Source: Saccostrea echinata
Lineage: Eukaryota
DNA: 64,000 bases
Reading direction: 5' to 3'
NCBI RefSeq assembly: GCF_033153115.1
Contig: NW_026889771.1
Location: forward strand, 10,974,001 to 11,038,000
The position numbers and the translations under genes were made by a program. Shown piece after piece: positions 52,607-64,000 of the stretch (within the stretch, counting starts at the first letter, position 1; every line of letters starts with the position of its first letter). The notes under the pieces were generated by a model, which did not search any database, was not told the origin of the DNA, and saw only the letters and a program-made list of their open reading frames with translations.

Positions 52607-53763
52607 GAAAAGGTACAGACATGAATTTAACACTTCCAATGCATTGAAATCACAAGGTTTTTTTCGTGAACTTCTAATGTTTCGAATTAATCACGTTATG
52701 TATTTCAAATCCCAAGAAATCTTGTCGCTGTCCATAGTTTAAGATCAAAAGCTATCTCTGTGCCAAAGTTCTGCTTTTAACGTCTCTCCATAACAAGTTG
52801 TAAACCTTGATTTATATCCACTTAACTATACCGAAGGAGCCGAATCCTCGGTCATGTATTATGAAAGCTGAGTAAGCCGAATCCTCGGTCATTTATTCTG
52901 AAAGCTGATTACTGGTTAATTGATTTGTATAGTACTGCAAGTATTTGTCCATCAGATTAAATAAAGAAAATTAATGTCTAAAATGTACATTTTAGTATGT
53001 AATAAAATAAGCAAATCACCAGGACTTCGACTTTTCATAGAGGTCATGGATTTTATAGGGAACTTCTTGCCCATTTAACTTGTTCCAACAGTTTGCCTGC
53101 TTAATTGATGCTCAGGAGTAGAGAAGATGCTTTTCCAATATGACCAACTATGTGACAGAAACACTGGACCCAACAAAATTCAGATATAGAGCTCACACTC
53201 AGAGTAAAAATACTTGTTAACTGAAGTTTTACACAGCAAACTAGGGTTTACCACAGTTAACTATAGGAACTGTCTAAGATAGTATGTCGACGTTTTTTGC
53301 TTAGTAAATCAATATGTTAAGTTTTCTATTTTGAAAATCTATTATTTTGCTAGAGTTTTACTATAATCAATCAAATACTAGTATTTTTCTTTTAATCTCA
53401 AATAGTTGATCTTTTTTATTCTTATTTTCAAATGCGATCTTTAAAAGGAAGTATAACTTAAATATTTTAATTTCATTTTCAAAAATTACCATCATTAGTT
53501 TGTGATATGAGAAATATTAATGATGCTGAGGATTAAAAAAGAATCAAGTTTCAAGTTTCATCAAGAATCAAGTTTCATCGTGAATCTAAATATAGGAAAG
53601 CTTCAAAATAATACAGTTAATCAAGGTAAAAAAGTAAATTATAAAATATATATTATAATAGTAAATCACAGTACTGAAGTATGTACTATTTTATATGCTT
53701 TTCTGTTAAAGTATTGTTAATTATAGTCAGCTATAGCTTACGAATTAATTACTTGTTGGGGTA

Positions 53764-54053
53764 GCCCGCGTGGCGCACTGGTTAGGGCGTTCGCTCTAGA
53801 GTCGCGGAGTAAGTAGTTGATCCTTCGAATCCCACTGTGGGACGTGGAAACCGGTCCTTCGGATGAAACCATATAAACCGAGGTCCCGTGTCGCAGTAGG
53901 TGCTGACACGAAAAAGATCCCTCACTGCTCAATGGCCCTAAGTGTCGAGTATAGGTCAAAATTTGCAGCTCTCCACCGGCAAGTTGTGGCGTCTCCAAAT
54001 GAGTGAAAAATTCTCGAGAGGGACGTTAAACAATAAACAAACAAACAAAAAAT
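53764..54053 (+). mobile_element. tRNA-derived SINE (B box partly deleted)
   Basis: Same family as 43353; A box TGGCGCACTGG; 11-bp TSD ttgttggggta/ttgttagggta; empty site at ~42297. Confidence 0.9.
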
Positions 54054-54855
54054 TTGTTAGGGTACTGGTCTTTATAATGTAGCCCAGGAGTGAGTGGAAG
54101 GAATAGATTTTCATTCTTAAAAAAAAGGGGGGATGATTTAAAAGATCTTTATAACATCATCTTTACATATATACCAAAATTCAGTCCTTCTAGAGGGAAT
54201 CTGAAGTCTTCAAAATTTTAGTTCGATTGACTAATGTTACATATAAGTGACTCAGGCGAGTAAAAACGAAAAAAAATCTTTTATTGCCAGTGATGATTAA
54301 ATATGCTTATGATCATTAAATTATTTTTTTTTTATTCTAATTTCATTTCTTTTGAATTCTAAAATCAATCATAATATACGTACTTTGGTATGGAACAATT
54401 TAAATAATTTTTTTCATATTGAAGCCGATATCTTGCAATTGGAAAAATTCAATGAATACATTATATACCTCCTATAAATGTTACTGAACTCTATCTGAAT
54501 AAAAAACGGGATAAAACCTTTTACTAATTCATAGTTTAATATGCATAAATTGTAAGCTATGCATATGACCTTTAACACAAACACATGTCTTCTTTAATGT
54601 GTACAGAATTCTTGTACTGTATGTTTACTATCTTTGATAATGGCACATAACAGTATTGTCTTTTGCATTGCAGATAAACTAATTATCTCTTTAACATTTA
54701 CGTCATATTACATAAATAACGCACAGGTAAATACATTTCGCAGATACTCATGTAAAAAAGATATTGGTGTACTTTAAACACGAGCCAAAATCGCTAGATT
54801 ACACTTTTTCCACTAGAAGTGAAATCTTTCTGACCAATAAACAAAGACAATATGT

Positions 54856-56115
54856 AATGGATAGATAACGAAATGGTGTTGAATAGTTTAGAGAAAACAT
54901 TCGGCCCGAGGAGGGGGATGTTTTCCCTAAACTTTTCAACACTATCGAGTTATTTATCTTACTTAAAAAAATTCCCCACTTTGGACCCCAACGAAACATT
55001 TACCAATTCATATATCCAACTTTGCTGTAATACAATAGGATCTAGCCCATTTAGATATCCAACAGTGACACAATACAATAGTCTAATCGAACACCCCTTG
55101 TATTCATGGACTAGTGAGCATGAACTGCATGGCGCTAATGTCATTTCAAACCTTTCCATTATACTGAACAGTCATGATCAGACGAAGAATATTTTTAAAT
55201 CCAAAGTAAATTTAGAGGGGTTTAGATAGTATTTTGAATACTTTTGAACTGGAAGCAGAAGAAAACTACAGAATTGTGATAAAAGTTTGGGAATTTATCT
55301 TTACATATAAGATGAAGATTTGCTGAGGAAGAGTGTTGGAATCTTATGGAGTTCCATTCGGACAATACACTGTACTTCAAGAAGTGCTAAATCAGATGAA
55401 TAGATTGTCGGTGTTATGCGGAACCTGCTTTAAAACTATTCCATATCAAGATCTGCAATATAAACGGTGTTAAAAAATAGATGTGCTGTCAATTTATTAA
55501 ATTGTTTTAGAACTTATGGAAGTATGGAAGTAGGAAGTATGAGAACAGATGAACCTCGAATAATCTGAGGGGATTTGCCAATAACGGTCCCCTGAAATAA
55601 TATTCAGCGACAGGAAGTGATGTGGTTCAAGGTTCAAGGTGAAAATGCATTTATAAGCTTGTCAAAAAGTGATGCTTTCAAAATTTAAGACTGGAAACAT
55701 TAAAAATACCATCGGATAAATATTGGATATTTTATTGGCGACAAGAGTCTAATAGTGTGCAAAATGGAGAGGAATTGTTATTTTTGTGAGCATTGGAAAT
55801 GGTGTGAAAAATGCGAATTAATTCCGTGTGCACTGGAAATAAATTCTAATAGAGTGACAAATTCGGAGTAATTATTTTTTCCATGTGCATTGGAAATACA
55901 TTTTAAAACTCTTTTATCTCTTTTGTTCATTGCTTATTTATTTTTTTATGTTAGATATTTAAATATCCAACGATATCCAACGATATGCAGTTGGATATTT
56001 GAAATCCAACTGATGGCCAGTTGAATCTTTAAATATCCGACTAGTGCTGATTGAATCGGTAAAATATACGTAGACTAATAACAATGGGTGACGTCATTGA
56101 AGTTTTTTTTTAAAA
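54856..56115. mobile_element. Unit-4-specific ~1.25-kb insertion with terminal hairpin, upstream of GPCR copy 4
   Basis: Absent in units 1-3 (acaatatg|aaattagaaattgat contiguous in unit 2); hairpin at 54860-54958; short ttggatatttgaaatccaac-type repeats near the right end. Confidence 0.65.
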
Positions 56116-56328
56116 AAATTAGAAATTGATTTTTTTTTTGTGTGTCACTCTTGAATATTTAATTCAGATGATAAGACATTTGGTAAACATCACGTGTAGA
56201 AACTTGCATCGGGGAGCATCTAATCTGCGATAGAGACTGCTCTGTGATACAGCTCTCTGTATTCAAAACATTAGTAACCCACATTTAAAGAGAGGAGAAT
56301 GATATCGACACTTTAAACACCAGACATA

Positions 56329-57485
56329 ATGATTGGATTTTTGGGGTAGGTTAATTTACTTAAAGTTTATGTTGAATTTGGATTAAATTTACTTATTTTT
56401 CCCTTTAATTATATGTAAATTATAGAAATTGTTGAGTAGAAAATTATCAAAGGTTATTACTAATTATTTGTATTCATATTTTTTATCCGAATTTTTCGAA
56501 ACTGAAAAAAATTATTTGAAACTACTTCTATTTCAGTGTAAATGGTACACTTGGAACTATGAGCTTAATTATGGATTTCATATTAAGTCAAAACAAAACA
56601 GATTACAATGAAGAAATAAAACGAGACATGCCTATTTATCTCCACCAAGACCAGTTTGTTCTTGTCGTTACAATTACAGTGTTCGGAATTATGGGAAATG
56701 TACTCCCACTTGTGAAGATGACGTGGGACAAAAATTTCCAAGGTACTGTATTTGTTGTCATCAGAACCATAATATTCACAGATATTGTGAATTTGATTCT
56801 TTACCTACTTCATGCTGGATTTAAGTTTGGTAACTTTCGTCTTGAAAAAGTCCCATGTGCAACCTTTCTGGTTGTGTTTTATGGTGTTGCTCATGCCTCA
56901 GCTGCTCACGTTGTTTTTCTATTTGGACTTCGGTGTTATATGGTGTCGGAACCCATAAAATTCAATCAGTTACGGAAGCGAACAATTATCGTCTCATCTG
57001 CTGCAATATGGGTCCTAAGCATATTATTTTCGATATTTTATTTTGTTCTACGATACAAAGCAGGAATACAGACACCTAGTTATGTGATAATAGTATTTCG
57101 TATTTACCTTATTATTGTTCCTGTCCTGCTCATTATTATTTTCCACGTAAAGAAGATACATCGTCTCAAGCGCACATTGAATAAACACAATATTGAACAC
57201 AACATTATCAAGATGTCCCTTGTGACGTCATTAATTCTTATCGCGTACATGTCATCGGCTATTCTTTTCCTTGTGTGTTACATCTTATCATTATATGGAT
57301 CTAAAAACAAAGAGGAAAAGTTTCTTCTTGTTGCACAACTGGCCTGGTTACTAAATGCTGTGCTGAGCCCATTTATTTATGTTGCTTCTGCACTGCGTTT
57401 TCATAAATGTTTTAAATACTGGATTAGAGGTATTCAATCAATTAGATGTCTACGTTTACCTAAGCAAACGGAAGCAGGGATATGA
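56329..57485 (+). CDS. Rhodopsin-class (class A) orphan GPCR, copy 4, intact, 321 aa
   Basis: Exon 56329-56345 (MIGFLG) plus exon 56537-57485; same spliced length (966 nt) as copy 1; 7 TM, same motifs; sequons NGT and NKT. Confidence 0.92.
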
Positions 57486-57566
57486 AGTTCATCATCCGCA
57501 ACTGAATCCCATACATTGCGCGCGAATTTAAACGTTTAAAAAAAAGAACCAATAAGCACTCTTATA

Positions 57567-58644
57567 CGAGGGTTGTCCGGTAAAATCGTGGACAAAGCTT
57601 TTTTTTCCGAAAAATAATGGGCGCAATTAGCTGAAATTTTCAGCAAATATTTATTTATTATATTTAAGTGCATCTTAATTTTTTTGATAAAATGTAGACA
57701 AAAATAAAGATTTTATTATGCCTGAATGTGCACAGGGTACGGTCCTACGGCGCACGATCAAAAAACCAGGGTTTCATTAGCGAACACACGAGTATTATTT
57801 CGAAATAAAAGTATTAAATAGAAAAGGTTGGGGTAATTATTATCCTATTTTTAATCCACTATCTATTATGTCGTCTTTTGTAAAATTTCAAGGTATTTGT
57901 TGAATTTTTGGCAGTTTCCCGAGCATTTGAAATGGGAAAGTGGTAAACACAACACACGAAAAATGGCGACGTTTAATGACGTCACGGCGCACTGGAGAGC
58001 AGTTCATTATGATTTAGATGTAGTAATGCCTCCAAAAGAATCTTTAGATAACTACAGAAGAAAAAATATATAAAAATATCACTACATCTTTGGTATACAA
58101 CTGAAATGAGAGTTTTCTAAGCGGAAGCTTTTTTGATCGGGTCCTCAAGAAGAATAAAACATTACGGACAAACCGCTTCTGGCAATAGCGAAAGACGATT
58201 TCACTGTAGACCGTCGCTATAAGATTTAGCTGAATGGTAGTGAGAGTACTAACCATAATTTACTATAAAATCTTCAGAGGGTCCCATGTGTGTGCAAGAT
58301 TGGTTCCTCGACTGTTTATGAAATAATGAAGGGAAACTAAAGTATGTGCATCAATGAAATCCCCGAATTTAAGTGGGTTTTATCCAGCTTTTTTTTTTTT
58401 CGCAAAGAAGAAACGTGAAGCTGCTTTAGACACTTTGACGTTATAATCCGTGTGCCGTAAGGCGATACGACACATAACATATAGCCTCATATTTTGTTTA
58501 TTTGAAACTGTATCTATTTGAAATTTAATTTGCTATGTATATTGATGAAAAATGAACTATAAAAAGTAGTTAAAATTTTAGAACGCACTGATGATTATTT
58601 TTCATTCTAGACAACTTGTCCACGATTTTACCGGACAACCCTCG
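57567..58644. mobile_element. Mariner-type MITE, young, ~80 bp downstream of GPCR copy 4 stop
   Basis: Perfect 29-bp TIR cgagggttgtccggtaaaatcgtggacaa, TA duplication; empty site cttatacatc at ~31212 in unit 2. Confidence 0.93.
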
Positions 58645-60274
58645 TACATCTTATTCAAAATATTCTTTACATTCAACAGAGCATGGATAGATGGATATAT
58701 TTATGAAAACGCTGTAAGCCAACTTTTATGGCTACAATGGAGAGGCAATATCATTTACTTGTTGAACAAAGCATTTGGTATGGGGTACAATGACACTATA
58801 AAAGTTCAAATTTTATAACTGACCTGGTCTGAATGAGAATAAGGTCACTGATCTTTCTTGGATAATTTTTGCAGTTATCCATGCATGATAAAATTTTCAC
58901 AATCATCGGTTTCTTCTTTCAAAGTANNNNNNNNNNNNNNNNNNNNNNNNNNNNNNNNNNNNNNNNNNNNNNNNNNNNNNNNNNNNNNNNNNNNNNNNNN
59001 NNNNNNNNNNNNNNNNNNNNNNNNNNNNNNNNNNNNNNNNNNNNNNNNNNNNNNNNNNNGATTATGAAAAATATTATAACATTAGTTCTTCTGAAAAGAT
59101 TACACGCATTTTATACCTTTAACCCAGACGTTTTTAAAGCAATTATGCATATATTAATATATTTGAAAACTAAATCTAGCCAAAGGATTTTTATTTTATT
59201 TTACAAGTTGCTTTTACTCACTTAAAATATCAAATCTGCTTTATGTTTTCCTTTTTTCATTTAGACGACGAGAACTTTGAAAACAAAAATATATTAAATG
59301 GAAATGATGAATTATCGGAGGGGGTGGGTGGACGCGATAAGATACAAGGAAAGCGGCATTTTGAGTGATCTAAGAATTCATTTTCTTTACGTATGGTGGA
59401 TACTATTTATTAAAGAGAACAAAGCCTTTTACCTCGAGTCATGCCTGATTCATCACGTTAGGTCGGAGCTACTTTTGGCAAAGTGTTTGACTTCTCAAAC
59501 TTAGATTTTGGTGATTTCTATTTGTGAAAAAATTTCTAGTAGTTAATTTTTTTTACTATATTATCAACAAATGTAGAGTTTCCTTTACTGAAAAATTTAA
59601 ATGTACATGTAATGACAGTTTACTATGAAAATACTGAAGGATAAAAAAGTTTCACTGCAACTTTTTTCAAAGAAGGATGGACGGCAGTAGAACTATAGAA
59701 AATCTTTTCTTTCGGTGGAGATAACTAAATGCACTGTTAGAGTAACTTAATTTTCAATAAATCAAGAACATCTTTAAATACTTTTTTTTCTCCTCCAAAT
59801 TCCTTTTTGGGAAGGGAGAAAATAAAATCGTACCATGAGTGAAAACATTTTGTGATTGAACTTTCAAAAGAACACTCAGATGTTCTCGGCTAGTGTGCCA
59901 TTTTGATTTACAGTCATAAATCATGTGGCCACTCACACAGATAACAGCATCTCTAGTAAGAATCGCAAACTGACTATCAGCAGGTACCTAGGCTATAAAT
60001 TTACCGTATTAAAGTATTTTTGAGATATTAACTGGTGATTTTATAGGCATAAGCAGATACATCATGGACATTTCAGCGTCTTTTAATTATCTTCGTTTGA
60101 AATATCTTAATCTATATGGCTGCTAATAAAACAACAGATTAATTTTGGAGAAAAACACAACTGGCGTCCTGCTGTTTTGTGAAATGGGAGCTTATAAAAT
60201 ACATCTTAAGTAATATCATAAATATGAGTGAGATGTATATCGCTTTACTGATGTAAATTGTTCACTAATACAAA

Positions 60275-62131
60275 GAGCTACAAAAACTAACTTTTGATTC
60301 CTGCCCACATTTTGCACCCATTTAATTCATTATTTATGGCGTTTTGACCATTGAGACTTAACCCATACGAAAAAAATACTATTAGAATTCAATCGGAGTA
60401 TTCAGTCGACGGTTCGTTGACGATCAAGTGACCGTCAATTGACCATTAGTTGAATTTTTACCATGCAAATGAGGGAGCGTTCAACTCATTTGCATATAGT
60501 TGACCACTGTAGAATGCTCCTATATATTCTTTGCAGTTGACCTTTAGTTGAATACTCCTCTATTTTTATTGCAGTTGACCATTAATTAATTACTTCTCCA
60601 TTTTCTTTGCAGTTGACCATTAGTTGAATACTCCTCTCTTTTCTTTGCAGTTGACCACTGTTGAATGCTCCTCTATTTTCTTTCCAGTTGACCACTGTTG
60701 AATACTCCATTAGTCAGTCCATGTTGCATTTAAAAAAAAAATGGAGGGAGTTTTGAAAACCTAAGGCAAGCAGTACAATGAGTACACGTGCGCTTGGAAA
60801 AGCTGCCATGTCTCTGAGTAGGAAAAGTCAAAACAATGGGACTATTAAAATGATATACATCTATATGCATGTATGTTTATTAAGCAATAAAACTAAATTG
60901 AGCTGGCACACTCTCTCAAGTTGCTATGCCTCCTTCATTTTCTGTGCAGAAAAAGTAGATTTAGTCTAAAGCAATGTCATATTTTTACCAACAACACAAT
61001 AAAAAACACAACAAAACACTTGATGCACGACTATTTATCGGAATTCTTTTAAGATTTTAACAAGTACATGTGCATAATAATAGGGACCTATACTGGCTAC
61101 AGTATTATGTCTTTCTAATATCTTTTAGAAAAAATATAAAGAAAGAAATATTTTTTAAAATATTATACTTACTTGGATTGCAGAAGCTGAATCATTTATG
61201 AAAATACTTTTTTCAATTCAAAATTCCCCACTTTCTAACAAAACACACACTGACACACGTTTCTTGATTCAAATCTAGATTGTTATAATACTTAATTGAA
61301 TTGAAAACCCGACCTATAATAATGTCATTTCAAACCCAACAAAAATAGAGTCAGAGAGATTTTCTAACACTGGGTGGTCAACTATAGTCAACTCTGCAAG
61401 ATCTCACAAAGTCGGAGTGTTCAACAATGGTCAACTCTTTTCCCGCATGAAATTTTCAAAGTATTAGCATTCAACTAATGGTCAACTCGGTGAAAAGCGG
61501 TCAATTGACTTGATTAATAATTTTAAATCCAGTGTCAAAAAGTTAATTACTCTTTTTTACAACTGTTTTTATAAGGGGGGTAGAAAACTTTATCCATTGA
61601 AATCAGGCTTTAAATCATCAATAGATTTGATTTTTCAAATATGCATTGAAATGGATAAATGACCCTAAAGCTTTTCGTATGTATAACTTATGTAAAATTC
61701 AACGTAAAAGATTGATAAAGTATATCTATTTTTGATTTGTAATCTCATTTGAAATTGGTAATAAAATGACCTTTTTTGCTTTTTTTGTCTGTAAACATTT
61801 GCCCCCACCCCACCCCTGTGAAACAATAAAAACTATGGTATGAATATGTTGAATTACAATTCATAATTATAATACCCGTAAAAAAAGAATTTTCGTTTTA
61901 TGGGGGGGGGAGGGTGTTTTAAAAATATTTTCCGTTTTCCGCTGAATTCTATAGTGAAAAACACCTTTTACCAAAATTAAAGAGTTATCTTTCTTTGTTT
62001 TACCAAATAAGTTATGTTTTATGAAAATTCACATAAATATCTATATAAATATAAAAAAATCATTCAAATATGTTAAATTTTGAAAATTGACTTGGAGTTA
62101 GGCGGCAGAACAATGCTGTCGTTCGCAGTTC
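60275..62131. mobile_element. Duplicate of the nested Sola-like/CACTA-like composite at 32833-34735 (inner element ~60300-61534)
   Basis: Same junctions and internal ~38-bp repeats as in unit 2. Confidence 0.6.
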
Positions 62132-62559
62132 TTAACACAAATGCAAAAAAATATTTCACTTTAATAAACTAGACTTAATAACAAAATTCAAAGACTGAAA
62201 ATAAATTCGGATTTTAAAAATAAGTTTAGAAAAATTGTAGAAGTTTACCATATATCATATATAACTTTAACGTTTATCAAATGAAGTGCCTTTTAGGCAA
62301 TCAGAAGTTAGAATTTATTTTTCACTATACTATTCAAACAGCGAACCCTATCCAGTGATTGGTACATTTTTTAAATTACTGGAAGTATCCTAATTATCAT
62401 TATTTTTTTTTTTTGAAAAACTAAATTGACTCAGCGCATGTTGAAAGAGCGATTGAAAGGCCTCTCTTATAAAAAAAAAAAAAGACACAAGGCATGCCAC
62501 TCTTAAGCTAACCCGTCCAAAATTTTGCCACTGTATTTGATACTGTTATGAGGGGTACC

Positions 62560-63200
62560 TAGTACAAACAGCCAGATAATATGCAGAATCCTATGTTTCG
62601 ACCATCTTTGGTCAGAGGTAAGATCTCGAACTGACCAGTTGACCCTCAGTAGCTCAAAAAATAGCCCGGTCTTCGACTCAACTCCTTTTCACGGTCAACT
62701 GATCAGTCACAGGCCCCAGTCATGATCAAAGATAACGCTCGAAATATGGGATTTTGCAAGTTGACCAGCCCCTTGTACTACATGTATGTTCCCTTATACT
62801 TCTAACGGTATTATACTTACTCTCACCATTTTTGGCAGAGCTAGCTATAGTGATTTCAGGTCTTGAAAACTCAATTTCTTTTGACGGTCAACTAGTCAAT
62901 CCCAGACCTCACCTCTGACCAAAAATGAGCGTCGAAATTGGGGATGATGGACCTTCTTCAGCTCCTTGTATTAAGTTCTCCTATACTAGTATTATACGCA
63001 CTCTCACCATTTCTTTCCGAGCTAGAAACAGAAATTGCAGCTCTTGGAAAGTCAATTCCTTTGAATAGCCACTTTGTCTGTCCAAGACCCCTGACCAAAG
63101 ATGCAGTCGAAATATGGAATTCTGGATGTTGTCTAGCCTCTATTACTAGGTTTTTCTTATAACAGTAATATATAGTTTCCATTTTGGCCGGGCTAGCTTT
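62560..63200. repeat. ~180-bp monomer array (unit 4)
   Basis: Nearly identical to 35165-35800. Confidence 0.75.
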
Positions 63201-64000
63201 ATGGGTTTGGGGTTCCGTGTCTTGTTTATAAATGAGGTCTTTGATTCCTTTTTCCTTAATATGTTAAATTGAGGAAAATAAGTTTTTCGATAAATTATTT
63301 ATTAGGACACTTACTGTAGTTTGAATTGTATACAAACCACAGAATAGAATTTGCTAATTGAATAATGAATAATGAATGGAGAATAAGTTTCTAACTTCTG
63401 ATTGCATAAATGTTGTACACACGTCTTTATAAAATTAAGGTGCATGCTATCATTTTGGCATTTTTGATTATTTTTTGTAGAGATTAGGTGTATATGTTCC
63501 GTAGCATAATCTGGAGATATCCCGTTTAAAAGAATTCCTCATCAATTTTACGAACGTTATACATGTACATGTATTATGTTTTAATGATCCGGTACAGACA
63601 TACTAAATTAATTCTGAATGCATGTGCATGTAAATATTTTGATGGAGTACTTTTTTTTTTAATTTTCACCAGTTGGCCATTTTTCTTTCAAACCTCTAAA
63701 AGAATGGACGCAGAATTTTCAGCCTAAATTTAATTAAATGACTAAGGATACTTGAAGATCTAAGGTCAAATACCAAGTGATGTAACATCCTTGAAAGAAA
63801 GGGCAATTTTATACTCTTATCAAAGTCACAGAAATTAGGCTTTTTAACACTAAATGATGTAACTCCTTGACTGCCATCTTTGTCAAGTCTACATGCCTCG
63901 ATCAATTTACTCTGAAATCTATATTGTTTGTGGGGGTTTAAATTTCGTTGCTTTCGTGGTATGAAGAGACCAACGAGTTTATGTCCTCCAGGAAATATAA

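Larger units (their letters stand above)
11790..64000 (+). repeat. Tandem segmental duplication: four GPCR-bearing units (approx. 11.8-24.4, 25.4-40.3, 40.9-49.2, 50.7-64+ kb)
   Basis: Collinear non-coding homology, e.g. ttagcagacaaacaaattcccc at ~12005, ~28240, ~40874 and ~51195, and cacaaactgaccatcagcaggtacct at ~19082, ~32460, ~46284 and ~59964. Confidence 0.95.

Noticed and set aside
54873-55229. 118-aa ORF
   Set aside because: It lies inside a unit-specific insertion, overlaps a DNA hairpin and has no recognisable domain.
21153-59225. ORFs containing long X runs
   Set aside because: They are artefacts of N gaps.

Overview
AT-rich eukaryotic DNA with assembly gaps. It is most likely bivalve/oyster-type, an inference from the repeat families. 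Two gene systems are present, both on the + strand. (1) At ~2.2-11.4 kb is a spliced gene almost invisible in the ORF track. I reconstructed 12 coding exons (about 337 aa) encoding a probably secreted protein of three tandem 12-Cys Ly6/uPAR-like (three-finger) domains. Each domain has a Gly + basic-residue motif (GRRR, GKR, GR) in the same loop, and the protein ends in a free C-terminal Gly. This is the prohormone-convertase/amidation signature. (2) From ~11.8 kb to the window end is a tandem array of four duplicated units (GPCR copies ~13 kb apart), each with one two-exon, 321-aa atypical rhodopsin-class GPCR (LRC for DRY, no CWxP, SPFIY for NPxxY, no ECL2 cysteine). Copies 1 and 4 are intact and copies 2 and 3 are frameshifted pseudogenes. 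The copies show an alternating, mosaic relationship and a homogenised central block. The units carry many copy-specific insertions whose empty sites are visible in sister units: tRNA-derived SINEs, Tc1/mariner MITEs, a Tc1 relic, a Penelope-like RT fragment, a ~780-bp foldback element, nested DNA elements and ~180-bp tandem arrays. No rRNA, true tRNA or CRISPR was found.
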